A DNA stretch of 64,000 bases, taken from assembly GCF_006345805.1 (NCBI RefSeq), contig NC_043005.1:34472001-34536000 (forward strand). The letters run 5' to 3'. Source of the DNA: Octopus sinensis (lineage: Eukaryota). The notes beneath the pieces were generated by a model. That model saw only the letters and a list, made by a program, of their open reading frames with translations, did no database searches and was not told the origin of the DNA. Shown piece after piece: positions 37,168 to 49,733 of the stretch. The position numbers and the translations under genes are program-made. Numbering within the stretch: the first letter of the stretch is position 1; each line of letters starts with the position of its first letter.

Positions 37168-38524
37168 GTTAACTCATCTCACTTACATCATTGCTTTATT
37201 GAAAGTTCAGTCTTAATTTTACTATTCTCTGAATCTAAATGAGATCTGTAGAGTGCTCTAGCTTCAGATCATAACTTTATATTGTGTGTACATTTTTCAG
37301 AACTCATTTTCCAAAGCATAAGTCAACAAAGTATTCTGTCAAATGCTGAGTCTATTTAACATTCTCATGTCAGCTGCAACACTCCTTTAGTTAAACTGAT
37401 ATAATATGAATCATAAAGAGAGTAAGGCTATGTTAACTTTTATGGTATTAAAAGTCCAACAACTAATATCATTTCTAAAGCTAACAACTAATATCATTTC
37501 TAACACTATTATCTCTGTAGCACATCAAAGCAGAATCAGTATTCAAACTATAATGTTATAAACCTATTTATTCCTTCACTGTAAAGTAAGTAGCGTTCTG
37601 TTGACCTCTTATAGGTATATATCAGCTAACATCTTACTAAACTGATCACCCAACTCAATTGTTTTCTTTGCATTAATTTATCTTTAAACCAAAATAACAA
37701 AGAAAAAGAAAAACAATTATGGAAGAAAGTAAATGCTTGTTAAATGTTTAATTAGTAAACTAAATGAAATACAGAATAGTCAACAGTTGTTTGGTGAGAT
37801 AATAGTGTTGTATTTATTTATTCATTTATTTTATTCTGTCTATTTGTGTCAATGTCCTACCCATTCTCTTTTTGTCTTTATATAATTTCTCTTGAAGTAT
37901 CTCCATATTGTATCATTCATTTACCTAGGAGAAAATTCAATAGAGTACAAGAAATGTCAAAGATAAAATCAACCCCTCTACTACAAGGCATTAATCTATG
38001 TCACATAAAACATTCAGTTTTGCTCAATGTTTTTTGGTATTGCAATATAATCTTTTACTAGTTTTAGTCATTGGATAGCTGGGACATTACCTTTAATCTT
38101 ATCAACCCTGGGACACATTTAATGAGTATCTATTTTAATAAACCTGCTAAGTTATGGGGTATAAAAGGACACAACATATACAACACCAATAGGTTTTAGA
38201 CTAGGTTTTAACATAAACACACACATATGTATAGGCAATTGATATCTCAACTGCTCTATCACATTCCACTTACAAGGGGGTGGTCATACCATGACTAAAA
38301 GATACTTGCTCAAGGTGCTACCTGGTGGGATCTTAACCTCATAGCCATTGCACCTTTCAATATATTGCACTTAAAGACGATTAGAAATATTTGAAGATGC
38401 TAATAAGTCTACCTTGATACAGAGAAATCATGAACAGTTAGACTGAGATAACTTTGGGCTGGGAAAAAATATTTCAAAATTGATATGAATTATTTATATT
38501 AATGATTATTTGAATTAATTTCAG

Positions 38525-38588
38525 GTTAGTCACCATCCTCCAATATCGGCTTGTCACTGTGATTCTAGAAATTTTATATTTTGGCAAG
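38525..38588 (+). CDS. OSBPL3/6/7: ORD signature exon: [21 protein letters not shown]
   Basis: TTTCAG acceptor, G|GTGAGT donor. Completes the OSBP fingerprint EQVSHHPP. Confidence 0.97.
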
Positions 38589-38815
38589 GTGAGTTAATAG
38601 AATTTTTTTCATTCGTAATAATATTCTAAATTGTTTGACATTTGTTTTCTCTATGACTGAATTTAGAATTTAATATTGAAGACCATGGCTTCAAATATCA
38701 CAAAATTTATACAAATCATCTATAGTGATATCAGGGTTACCATTTTATAGTTGTAATGTCAATTAAATGATACACTATAATTTAATGAGTATGAGAGAAA
38801 GAGGGGTCACCATCT

Positions 38816-39229
38816 TGTACATAACAAGAAAATAGAAATTTGCGAGGTGTTTGTGATAAGCCATAACATATTTATTACTGGAAGGAATGCGTTAACACAT
38901 AAGGTTAATTGAAGTGAAGCTTGTAACATTACATGAATATATTCTGTTTGCAATCACATGTCTCCAAGTAAGTGAGGCAAACGTGCATGCAAGCTGGTAT
39001 GTAAATGCAATGGCTTCACCCAATGCATGTTGAAGAATCAACAGGCACTGAATGGCATGAATTTAGAAATTCCTTCCTTTATATAGGGGATGAACTGGAA
39101 GTCTCTGACTTCCACATAAACCGGAAGCTTCCAGAATGTTCAAGAATGTTCTAGAAGGTTCAGGGAGGTTATTTTCATTAAATCCCTTTTCCGTTTTGCT
39201 TCCTGACTTGACTGCCAGGGTTCACTACA
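38816..39229 (-). mobile_element. Solo LTR (414 bp)
   Basis: TGTA...TACA termini and 5-bp TSD CATCT (38811-38815 / 39230-39234). Minus-strand order is enhancer, TATA (39078-39085), AATAAA (38871-38876). Confidence 0.88.
39123..39162. promoter_or_regulatory. Heat-shock element array: 8 contiguous inverted nGAAn pentamers in LTR U3
   Basis: GAA/TTC alternate at exact 5-bp period: 39124, 39129, 39134, 39139, 39144, 39149, 39154, 39159. Confidence 0.8.
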
Positions 39230-39570
39230 CATCTCTTATTATCTCCCATAAAAAATGGCTGGAACACTTGCATTGAAATTTGCAAAACTGTTTAAATTTA
39301 TTTTTTCTTTTATATTGGTATGGTAAAAAAAAAAAGAATTTCATGAGCAATATAAAAAGGAAACTATTCTACAGAAGATTGCTAATTCAACATAGTTTGT
39401 ATATTCTTAAGTATCATAAAATTTTCTTAAATATTAAATAATTTTTTTAATTCTTTAAACTTGTTTATCTTTATTTATATATCTACGTATATCTACATGT
39501 GTGTGTATGTATGTATGTATACACACACATCATTATTGTATCATTTATATTTGTTCGTTTTTCTTTTCAG

Positions 39571-39649
39571 ATGTGCGAATAAGAACAAGATTCTGGGGGA
39601 AATCAATGGAAATACAACCTATTGGAAATGTGAATGTCTTTCTACCTAA
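39571..39649 (+). CDS. OSBPL3/6/7: ORD exon: DVRIRTRFWGKSMEIQPIGNVNVFLP(K)
   Basis: TTTCAG acceptor, AA|GTAAGA donor. FWGKSMEI.PIG motif. Phases 1 to 2. Confidence 0.95.
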
Positions 39650-39944
39650 GTAAGAATATTTTGGAGTCTTTGTCTTAAAAAAAATGAAGGGTTTAGAAAT
39701 GGCAGGAAGTGATATTGTACACTATATATATTTATTTGAGTTACATATTCAATCTTTTGCTTTATGTTTGTTTTCCCATGCGAGCATGGTTGGATGGATA
39801 CATATTATCGATGTGTTGTTTTTACAGTCAAATGCTCTTCCACCTCCTAACCATTGACTGCACTTGTCTTTGAAAGTGCAGAGATACCCAGTGATTTAGC
39901 AAGTTTCCATGTTAAGTAAAAATATAAAGATACATACTCACATA

Positions 39945-40130
39945 TATGCACATCCACATATATACATATAACCGGCTTCCACACAGTTTCCATCTACCAA
40001 ATTCATTCAGTAGACGTTGGTCAACCTGGGGCTATAATGGAAAACACTTACCTAAGGTATCATGCAGTGGGATTGAACCCCAGACCATATTATTGTGTTG
40101 TGAACTTTTTAACCAAATGGCCACTTATGC
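39945..40130 (-). mobile_element. tRNA-derived SINE fragment (major family)
   Basis: ggcttccacacagtttccatctaccaaattc..gctataatggaaaacactt..gggattgaaccc is the reverse complement of the SINE 5' half. Confidence 0.8.
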
Positions 40131-40167
40131 ACTATTTGACTTGGCTAAAAATATTGACAAATAAATA

Positions 40168-41477
40168 CAAGGTGGTATCAAAAAGTTCCTGGACTAGTTC
40201 TGTAGCAAGCCAGCAGATGGCAGTACATGGTTGCATGTACAGTGAAAGCTAGCAGTGACCTCCATGAGGCAGTGTACTAAGTGATATTGCTGTGTGTTTA
40301 CTTCACAAGTTGTGAAATTTGTGTTTTTGTGATCACGTGTATGCTGTAGTCTGTGATTTTGTATGGACAGGAACAAAAAGACAATGTGAAATTTTGAGTT
40401 AAACTTGGGAAGTCTGCTGCAGAGACATTGAGCATTCTTTGGCAAGCTTATAACAATGAGGCAATGGGTTGTATGCAATGTTTTGAGTGACACAAGCACT
40501 TCGAATGCAGAAGAAAGTCCCTGGAAGATGATGAGCAATCGGGAAGACTTGCAATGAGTGTCACCCTGGAAATGTTGAGAAATGCATCAGCTTGTGCATG
40601 AGGATTGTTGGAGGACAATCAATGACATTGCTGATGTTGTTGGTCTGTCATATGGGACTGTGCAGGCAATCCTATGGTCTGAATTGAACATGCAGTGTGT
40701 CTCTGCCAAAGTGTCTCCCACCTGCTGACTACTGAGCAGAAAGAACATTGCTCTAAAGTCTGTCAAGATCTCCAACAACATGCCACTGATGACCCATTCT
40801 TCATGTTGAGGATCATCACCAGTGATGAGAGTTGGGTCTATGGGTAAAAACCCTGAGATGAAGCAGCAGTCATCACAATGGAAGAGCCCTTCATCTCCAC
40901 AACCAAAGAAAGCATGACAGAGTTGCAGCTCAATCAAGAGCATGCTCATTATTCTTTTCAACATCAGTGGTATTGTACATTGAAAATTTGGCCCCCAAGG
41001 CCAGACCATCAATCAAGAGTTCTACTGCTACATTTTTGAAGCATTTGAGGAAGGACATTTGGCAAAAGTGACCAGATCTGTGGAGTATGAAAAATTGGCT
41101 CCTTCATGATGACAATACACCCTGTCACCAAGCTCTTCTCACTCATGAGTTTCTCACCAAAAACAACATGATATTGCTTCCACACCTGTCCTATTTGCAA
41201 GATTTAGCACCTGCAGGCTTCCATCTTTTACCCAAGATGAAAATGCTGCTCAAAGGTCACTATTTTAAAACTGTTGTCAAGATCAATAGTGAAATGCAGG
41301 TTCTTGAGTCAGTTACAGAAAATGACTACCAGGCCAGATTCCAAAAGTGGCAGGATGCTGGGACCAGTGTATTGTTGCACAGGGTGACTCTTTCGAAGGA
41401 GATGGCGTTAAACCGTATGTAAATAAGTTATTTTTCATTAAGCATAACTAGTCTGGGGACTTTTTGATGCCATCTCA
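40168..41477 (+). mobile_element. Full-length decayed mariner transposon (second family)
   Basis: ~32-bp TIRs caaggtggtatcaaaaagttcctggactagtt / aactagtctggggactttttgatgccatctca. VKLGKSAAET..EDDEQSGR, ITSDESWVYG, HDDNTPCH, PHLSYLQDLAP motifs with stops. Confidence 0.9.
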
Positions 41478-42164
41478 TTTAATGAAAAAGTTAAGGTGAA
41501 GTTTAACACTGATGTCTTCGAGTTGTCATGTTCCTTTCATTCTTATTTTTGATAGACTCATTTTCTGAGTCCATTCTAACTTGGAAATGTTCACTTTCTG
41601 AGTTTTAATAAAAATATAAATCAATATACTGCAAAAGTTTGAACTCTGAAATAAACTTTTTTATTCATAAAGGATGAAAATAATAATAGTAGTCAAAACT
41701 GAAGTGGTACTGATATTTTTATAATCAACACAGTGTCACAAAAATGAGTCATGCAATTAATAATGACATTCAAATGTTTAACAGTATTTGATAGTGTTTG
41801 CTGATTATTAAAGGATATACATATATAAATATATAGACGCATGCATGCCATCAATCCAAGCCATCAAGCCATCAATCCATCCATGCATACAAGCATGCAT
41901 GTTCCTGCATAGCTGTGTGACACCTTGGGCAAGTGTCTTCTACTATAGCCCTAAGCCAACCAAATCCTAGGGATGAATTTGGTAGATGAAATAGAGATAC
42001 TTTGCTTGAAAAACAGGTAAAGGTTAACATCAGAAAGGGTATCTAACTATAAAATAAATGTCCCATTCATATATTCACCTAACCCATCCTGGCATAGAAA
42101 AATGGGTGTAAAAACAAATGAAAAATTATATGTATGTATGTATGTATGTATGTATGCATGCATG

Positions 42165-42513
42165 CCGACATGCAATGTCTGTGCAAGACCCTGCCTCAGT
42201 AAAGCTGGACTCAAGAGTCATCTTCATAGTCATAAAACAAGACAGATGAGTGACAACCTGGCCACTGGTGGTGGTGTAACACACCATACTAATCATATCT
42301 GTCGGTGTGTAATTCGGCAGGAGGACTTAAACAACATTCAAAGGTACATGAAGCCCAGTTACAACTACAGCCGGCTATTACCAGTAAAGGTTTTAGTTGC
42401 CAATTTTGTACAAGACATTGTAGATCTTTAGCTGGGCTAAAAAGTCACATTCGATCACCAGTAACAGTTAAGCTTTGTGCAATGGCCATACTCAATAACG
42501 AGGGGTCGCCATA
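42165..42513 (+). mobile_element. 5'-truncated LINE 3' end (RTE-like) encoding three C2H2 zinc fingers
   Basis: 11-bp TSD atgcatgcatg (42154-42164 / 42514-42524). CNVCARPCLSKAGLKSHLHSH, ..CNSAGGLKQHSKVH, CQFCTRHCRSLAGLKSHIRS. Confidence 0.75.
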
Positions 42514-44147
42514 ATGCATGCATGTATCAATCAGTGGGTTTGTTTACATTTGCTTTCTTCAAAAATCATAACGAGTGGTGTTAGTGTTTCTTCTGTTGTC
42601 AACAAATCATCCACTCATTTTTCCATTTTGAAAATGTGTGAAATAAAAGATCCCTTACTTGGAAAATCAATGAGTACTAGTTACAGAAAGAGCATTTGGC
42701 TGTTAAACAATGTCAAAGTAGCATATTTTCTATGCTTGCATAAAAAAAAAAAAACAGACATAAAATGAAAATTTGATTGAATGAAGGATTTATTATATAG
42801 ATTGGCATTAATTTATTGTATATCATATGGATGGCATCTTTGTGTAATATTGTACATTTACATAGTGATTCTCTCATGACTATTTTAGCATGTAGTACTG
42901 TGAAATCTATGCTTTGCTGAGGAAGTCTAATAATATTAAAATGTCTCCCGTACTTAGAAGACTAATTAGAACAAAGATAGTCATTGATTAATATTCACTT
43001 TCCTCTACTTAGTTTTGATTCTAACTCATGCCAACATGGAAAGTGAATGTTAAATGATGATGATATTTTAGTATATGAATTGTTTAGAAAACTCCCCAAA
43101 AGTTGCTGACTTTTGCTACCCAAAGTAATTGAGGAAATGTGTAAATTTTAAGTGATGTTAGTGGAAAACATTTGGAGAATGAGAGCCATTATCAACAATA
43201 CTATTGTATATAGGATTGCATTGGATAATGTGATCTAAAATAATATTATGTCTGTACAACAGATAAGACTGTCAAAGCTGAAATGTTTTAGTGATAGGTT
43301 TGCTGAATCAGTGCTGACCTGGAGTTAAACAATAACACAGGTAATGATTTCTTTACACAGATAGATGTGAATGACAGCAAATTATGTGACTGGAAAATTT
43401 CTAGTGAATGTAAACAAGCATGATTTGAGGTGTGGTAATAGCACAACTGTATATTAGTTATTGTTTAGCTCCAGGTCAGCAGCCCTGGTGAGCAGGCCCA
43501 TAATCAAAGGTATCCCCAATGTGACAATTCAGACATCTTCCTCTTAAGATAGCAGGGTGTGAAATGCAGGACATCTGGCTGAGTCAAATGACTATTCAGT
43601 CTTTAGTTCAATGTCTGTAGTATAGTAGTGTCAGTGGTTACAAACAGATACAAGGGGAGATTACTATGTAAATTGGTTCAGTGTGAAAATGTTATGTGAT
43701 GCTAGAAAGATGTGAGCTCATTAGCTTGTTTAAATTTAAACAAATTAGAAAGGAGAGAATTTGATAGAAAGTTAAATTCTTTTACCTTCTGACATTATTT
43801 TAGATTTGTTCAACTCCTGTTAAATGACTCAGTTAAAGATAATAAACAATGTTATCACATTGGCTCAAAATCCACAAAATCGCAAAAGTGTCTAATTCAT
43901 TGAATTATTGTTTGTACTCACCTGTATCTTATGTTATTAGCCCCTAGAAGTATAAACTATAATATATATAGGAGACAAGCTACTATGTTTCACAGTGAAT
44001 ATTTACCTTAATTAATAGTGTGCTTACTTCAATAAATTCCTATTTCTCATATTACTTGTAGAATGCCTCTTTCTGTTCTTAGAGATAGCTGGGCTGTCAA
44101 GAATAATTAAATATTAAATGTACATATTTTATCTTTGTTAATTGTAG

Positions 44148-44283
44148 ATATAATGACCATTATCAGTGGAATAAGGTTACAACATGTGTGCATAACCTAC
44201 TTGGTGGCCAACGATGGGTTGACCAATATGGAGAAATGCACATGAGGAATGGAGATATTTCCTGCAAAATTACTTTTACAAAG
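44148..44283 (+). CDS. OSBPL3/6/7: ORD exon: YNDHYQWNKVTTCVHNLLGGQRWVDQYGEMHMRNGDISCKITFTK
   Basis: TTGTAG acceptor, AAG|GTATGT donor. WNKVT.C.HN...GQRW...YGE motif. Confidence 0.97.
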
Positions 44284-44340
44284 GTATGTATACATTTTCA
44301 TTTCAGATACATTTCACACACACACTAATAATAATAATAA

Positions 44341-44510
44341 TCTTTTCCACTCTAGGCACAAGGCCCGAAATTTTGTGGGGAGGGGGCCAGTCGATTAGGA
44401 TGAAAGGATAAGTTGACCTCAGCAGAATTTGAACTCAGAATGTAAAAAAAAGGAAATACCACCAAGCATTTTGCCCGATGTGCTAATGATTCTACCAGCA
44501 TGCCACCTTA
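44341..44510 (-). mobile_element. tRNA-derived SINE (third family), internally deleted
   Basis: Matches 60594-60803 (tctaggcacaaggcccgaaattttg..ggccagtcgatta..ttgacctcagcagaatttgaactcaga). Confidence 0.8.
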
Positions 44511-44519
44511 ATGATAATA

Positions 44520-45935
44520 ATGAGAATTAATTAGCTTATGTTTGAAGAATTGGAAAGTAGATCTCTACTCAGGTGACACAGTCTTAGGGGAAGTTAATAT
44601 CAAGGGAGGAAATTTTCCAAGGTGACTCATTATCCCCTTTAATATTTCTTTAATCCCTCTCAGTTTAGTATTAAGGAAGGCAATGGCAGGGTATCAGCTC
44701 AGAAATAATAAAGGGAAAAATTAACCATTTGCTCTATATGAATGATCTAAAGCTTTTTAGTAAGAATAAAAAAGAGATAGATTCCTTAATACAAATTGTA
44801 AGACTCTTCAGCAAAGATATAGGCATGGAATTTGGTATAGATAAGTGTGCAATATTAGTCATAAAGGGAACAGGTAGTCAGCAGTGAAGGCATTCAATTA
44901 ACACATAACCAGGCATTAAAATCACTGAAAGGAGGGGAGAGTTATAAGTATCTAAGAGTATTAGAATCTGACAGAGTACTAACTATATAAATAAAAATGA
45001 AAATTGAGACAGAGTATATTAGAAGAGTGAGGCTAATGAAGTCAAAGGTAAATGGTCCGAATCTAATGAAGGCTGCAAATACTCGGACAGTATCATCACT
45101 TAGATACTCAGCAGATTGGACAAAATCTGAATTAGCAAATCTAGACAGAAGAACAAGGAAGGTATTCAATATGAATGGAGGACTTCACCCAAGAGCAGGA
45201 GTAGCAAGATTATACTTACCTAGAAAGGAAGATGGTTCATATCAGTAGAAGGTTGCATGAAGTTAGAGTAGGTATATAGTTAATAGTGAAGAAAGTTTAT
45301 TAAGATCTGCTAGAGCCATAGAAGGACATAGGGAAACCAAAACACCATATATGTAATAGTGAAGAAAGTTTATTAAGAGCTGCTAGAGTCACAGTAGGAC
45401 ATAGGGAAACAAAAAAGCCAAATGAGGTTAAAAACCACAGAAAAGAAGAAAGATTATCTGACTGGCAGAGAGGGCTTTGCATGGTAGATTCTCAAAGATA
45501 GTTGCAGGAAATAGTAACAGTGAGACATAGTTATGGTTGCAAAAGGGAAGGCTGAAAAGGGAAACAGAAAGTTTGTTAGTTGCAGCACAAGATCAATCAT
45601 AGAGGACTTATTGTATAAAAGTCAAGATAGACAAAAACCAGGTAGATTCCCAATGTAGGTTTTGTAAATCAAAAGAAGAAAGTGTTACTCATATAGTAAG
45701 TGAATGTGGCATGCTCGCACAGAAGGACTACTGCTAAAAACGTGACAACCTAGGGAAAATAATCCACTGGGAGTTATGTTGAAATCTAGAATTTGACCAT
45801 AATGATAAATGGTATGAACATGAACCCTGTAGAGTACTACAAATATAAGATGTTGTGGGACTTTAACATTCAAATGTACATAGTAATAGAGGCTAGAAGG
45901 CCTGATTTAGTAGTAGTAGACAAAGAGAATAATTG
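44520..45935 (+). mobile_element. R4/Dong-type LINE relic (RT, CCHC knuckle, restriction-like endonuclease start)
   Basis: LGEVNI..G.FQGDSLSPL, INHLLYMNDLKL, DIGMEFGIDKCA, LYLPRKE, ETESLLVAAQDQ, CRFCKSKEESVTHIVSEC, WYEHEP, RRPDLVVVDKE. ~72-bp internal duplication at ~45281-45420. Confidence 0.88.
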
Positions 45936-46345
45936 ACTTTACAGTCCCAAATGAAGAGAATGTCAGTATGAGAGGTATAGAGAAATGCGACTAAGAATTT
46001 TGTCTAGCATGATAGTGATTCTGCCACCTCACTGCCATAATAATAATAATAATGATAATAATAATAATAATAATTATAATAATAATAATGATAATAATAA
46101 AATAGATAGATATAAATGCTGTCTGGTTGACTCCTTCACTGGTTAATAAATACATTTTTGACAGATAAGCACTAACTTTCAAAATCGTAAGGGATTTAGT
46201 TTTAATGACATTAGATATTAACTGTTGCTGGTTGCAGACATTTGGCGGGAACCAGTAAATGAGTATCAAAATGGTGTATTGAACAAGTTGAACGTATTAA
46301 ATATTTTTAATTTTATTGATTCTCATTAATTTTTTTGTTGTTCAG

Positions 46346-46493
46346 GCAAGTTATTGGTCAGGGAAGAGACATGAGATCTACGGTCAAATATTTAATCAAG
46401 ATAACAAAGTGGTCCATAATTTATTTGGTAAATGGAATGAAGCTATTTACTGTGGTGCTTCTGCCCCCTCTGCTCGCTGTATATGGAGACCTG
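46346..46493 (+). CDS. OSBPL3/6/7: ORD exon: ASYWSGKRHEIYGQIFNQDNKVVHNLFGKWNEAIYCGASAPSARCIWRP
   Basis: TTCAG acceptor, G|GTAAAG donor. VH.LFGKW.E.IYCG motif. Confidence 0.97.
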
Positions 46494-46645
46494 GTAAAGT
46501 CATGTTTACTTTTTTATTATATTTATACATGTGTATGACATTGCTATCTTTAGAAATTGTTGTGTGTATATGTTTATAGATGTCTGGGGTGGATATATAT
46601 GTTTGTGTGTGTGTGCATAGATTTGACTGTTTCTTTAAATGCTTT

Positions 46646-46683
<38 letters not shown>

Positions 46684-46987
46684 TATTTTAAATCCTATCT
46701 TGTATGCACCCACTAGGAGATGATTGCATATCCAATAGGTTAAAACATAGTATATATTTTAATATTACAGATATTAAATTTATTAACCGCTCTTCTCAGA
46801 CAATTCATCAGCTAAATATTACTTGGGAAAATTATATTTTTTGAAAGAAACTATCTTTATTATTACTTTTCCCCACACATATTTTAATGTCTAAACTTGG
46901 AGAAAGTAATTCCTTTTCTATTTAAAGAAAAGTATCCACATTATTCTGTTTTAAATGTCTACATTAATAATTGTAATATTTTACCAG

Positions 46988-47114
46988 GTACCATGACTGA
47001 TGATCATGCTCTTTATTATGGGTTCTCACGATTTGCTATTGAACTCAATGAACTGAATGAAGAGGAAGCACGTTTCCTTCCTCCCACAGACAGTAGATTC
47101 CGCCCTGATCAAAG
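46988..47114 (+). CDS. OSBPL3/6/7: ORD exon: [42 protein letters not shown](R)
   Basis: TACCAG acceptor, AG|GTATTT donor. [13 protein letters not shown] motif. Confidence 0.97.
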
Positions 47115-47317
47115 GTATTTCCTTCCACATTATTTATTATTTATATATAGGGTAAATTAATAACTAAATAAATGTTCAAGACAGTGTCAAGGGCCATGAT
47201 AACATTTCTTCTCTACTTAATACAAGAGAACCTGGAGATACATGGCAGATACCTCACATACATGTAGTCTCCATCCACCCATCCATCCATCTATATATAT
47301 ATATATATATATATATA

Positions 47318-48581
47318 CAAGGGGAAGTCAAAAATTATCTGCACTTTCGCCATAACATCTTTATTATTGTCACCCTGCCTTCTGCACATGCGTGCTTATA
47401 ATTGGTACTATTGTGGTCATGAGATTGATGTTTGAGCCTGATAGCCCTATTTTTCTTTCTGGCTTTATAATTTAAGCATGGCCGCTCCACTAGCAATGTG
47501 CACCAAAGGAGAACAAAGAGCAGTGATCTGATTTCTCTGGTCGGAAGGTGTGTCAGTTGCTGAAATTCACTGGAGGCTTTTAGCACAATATGGGGACAGT
47601 GCACTATTGTGCAGAAGTGTGCATGAGTGGATCAAGAATTTTAAAAGTGGCCAGACGAGCATGACCTACTAAGAGAGAACAGGATGCCCATCAACCTCCA
47701 CCACTGATGAGAAGATGCAGTAAGTTTGAGAGATGGTAATTGTGAACCAGCGAGTTATCATTGATGAGGTAGCTCATTCTCTGCAGATTAGTCATGGTTC
47801 TGCTTATTAAATCATCCACAATGAGCTCGGCTTCCATAATGTCTGTGTAAGATGGCTGTTAAGAGAGCTTACTGCAAAGCACAAGCACAAATGTCTTGAG
47901 ATCTGCCAACATTTACTTGATCACTACTACAATGAAGGCAATTTTTGAGCAGGATAGTCACAGATGAAATGTGGGTCCATCATTATGAGGCAGAATCCAA
48001 AATACAGAGTATGGAGTGGAAACATCCTGGCTCACCAGCGATGTAGAAATTCAAGTCTCAGTCTTCTGCAGGAAAGTTGATGCTTGCTAACCCTTCTTTG
48101 GGACTAAAAAGTGTACGGTCAATGGTGCAAGATACAGTGCTTTGCTGGCCAACAAACTGAAGCCAACAATTCACACCAAATGCCGAAGCCTATTGAAGAA
48201 AGTTTTATTGTTGCATGACAATGCATGCCCACACACGACCTCCCGGACTGTTGAAACCATTAACCAATTAGGTTTTGAGGTGCTGAAACACTCTGTCTAC
48301 AGCCCAGATCTTGCTCCTCCTAACTTTCATATCTTCGGACTGCTCAAAGATGATTTACAAGATTGTTGATTTTCTGTGGATGAAGATGTGAAGGAAGTGG
48401 TGCATAAATGGTAACATGACCAACCAAAAACCTTCTTCTTGGAGGGAATACATAAGCTTGTGGACTGCTGGAGCAAGTGCATTGAAAAGGAAGAAGACTA
48501 TATAGAAAAATGACGTACTTGTTTATCCCATGCTTTTGTGTAAATAATTGAAAAGAATGCATATAATCTTTGACTCCCTCA
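47318..48581 (+). mobile_element. Full-length decayed mariner transposon (third family)
   Basis: Degenerate TIRs caaggggaagtcaaaaattatctgcact / aatgcatataatctttgactccctca inside (TA)n. EQRAVI.FLWSEG, VTDEMWVHHYE, LLHDNACPH, HSVYSPDLAPPNFH motifs. Confidence 0.9.
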
Positions 48582-49258
48582 TATATATATACGCTACAAT
48601 ATTCAAGAAAACAGTTAGGGATGTGATTAATATTTCTAACTGATTGAGTGACCAGCTAGATGCTCCCTATTGCTACTGTTATTGCTGTAGTGGTGGTTTA
48701 GCTTTAAGTAAGTTCTTATTAATGAGAATTATGACAAAGGACATTCCAATCATGATCATCCTTTTTTTTTTTCTAGACATTATGTATTCCAGACTGCACA
48801 ATCCAATATATTCTCTTTTTAAGACAGTAGGGTGTGATTTGAGGGTGATTTAATTGTTGTTTATTACAGGTCGATTAACATGTACAGGCTCCACCTTGGA
48901 GTAATTTTGGTGAGGGTGTCATGACTTCATGCTAAGATTTTATAAAATGACTTTTCAGCATAATTTTGATTCCCACTTGAAACTATTAATTATTGTAATG
49001 GTCTTGAAGTAAATACAGCAACTTTATTGCTTGATGAGCCATCACAGTGATGTATCACAATGTGGCATATGTCAAAGATGTCAGATGATTGGAAGGGAAC
49101 AGTCAAAAGACCTGACCAAAAGTGGGAGAAGAGTTACAAGGCCACTTTTGGACTCTGGGTATTGGTTAAAACAGATGTGTAGTTAGAGTCTTTGCATATT
49201 CTAGCTTCCGGCCAGTGGTTGGGATAGTGAGGGTCTTTAAATTGCATAACAACTTTAA

Positions 49259-49463
49259 TTCCTTAGCATTTAAACTGGCCATATCTGGCCAAAATATTCT
49301 ACCTGTTTTAAGTTCAAACAGGCCAGACTTACCTACAGTACTATTCTAAAAATAAACATCCATGTCATTGTAATTTCAAAGCTATGAGATAATGCATAAT
49401 TAATTCAAATTGATGTAAATAAATGAGCATTACACTTGATAGAGTAATCTGAATGCTAAAGGG
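49259..49463. mobile_element. TTAA-type MITE, degenerate
   Basis: TTAA|ttccttagcatt ... aatgctaaaggg|tttt inverted ends. Confidence 0.55.
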
Positions 49464-49610
49464 TTTTGTCAGTGATTGAGGAGATCCCTTCAAAGTTGTT
49501 TCCAGAAATTAAGGTAAGAGAATTTTTATCCATTATACTACACATAATAAAATATGGATATTAATATTTATTTTATTTTATCATATATTTTCTTTGTATT
49601 TTCTCTACAG

Positions 49611-49733
49611 ACTTTTAGAAGAAGGGAAATTGTCTGACTCAGAGATAGAAAAAATCCGAATAGAACAGTTACAGCGAGATAAAAGGCGGCAAAGAGATGA
49701 TATGAAAATAGTATATATGCCTCAATGGTTCAG
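49611..49733 (+). CDS. OSBPL3/6/7: ORD exon: LLEEGKLSDSEIEKIRIEQLQRDKRRQRDDMKIVYMPQWF(R)
   Basis: CTACAG acceptor, AG|GTAAAA donor. LEEG...E.EK.RIEQLQR motif. Confidence 0.97.

Noticed and set aside
38800-38815. PBS-like tggtgacccc downstream of the LTR and PPT-like purine run (39232-39247) upstream
   Set aside because: The exact 5-bp TSD on both sides shows a solo LTR, so these flanks are host sequence and the resemblance is coincidental.
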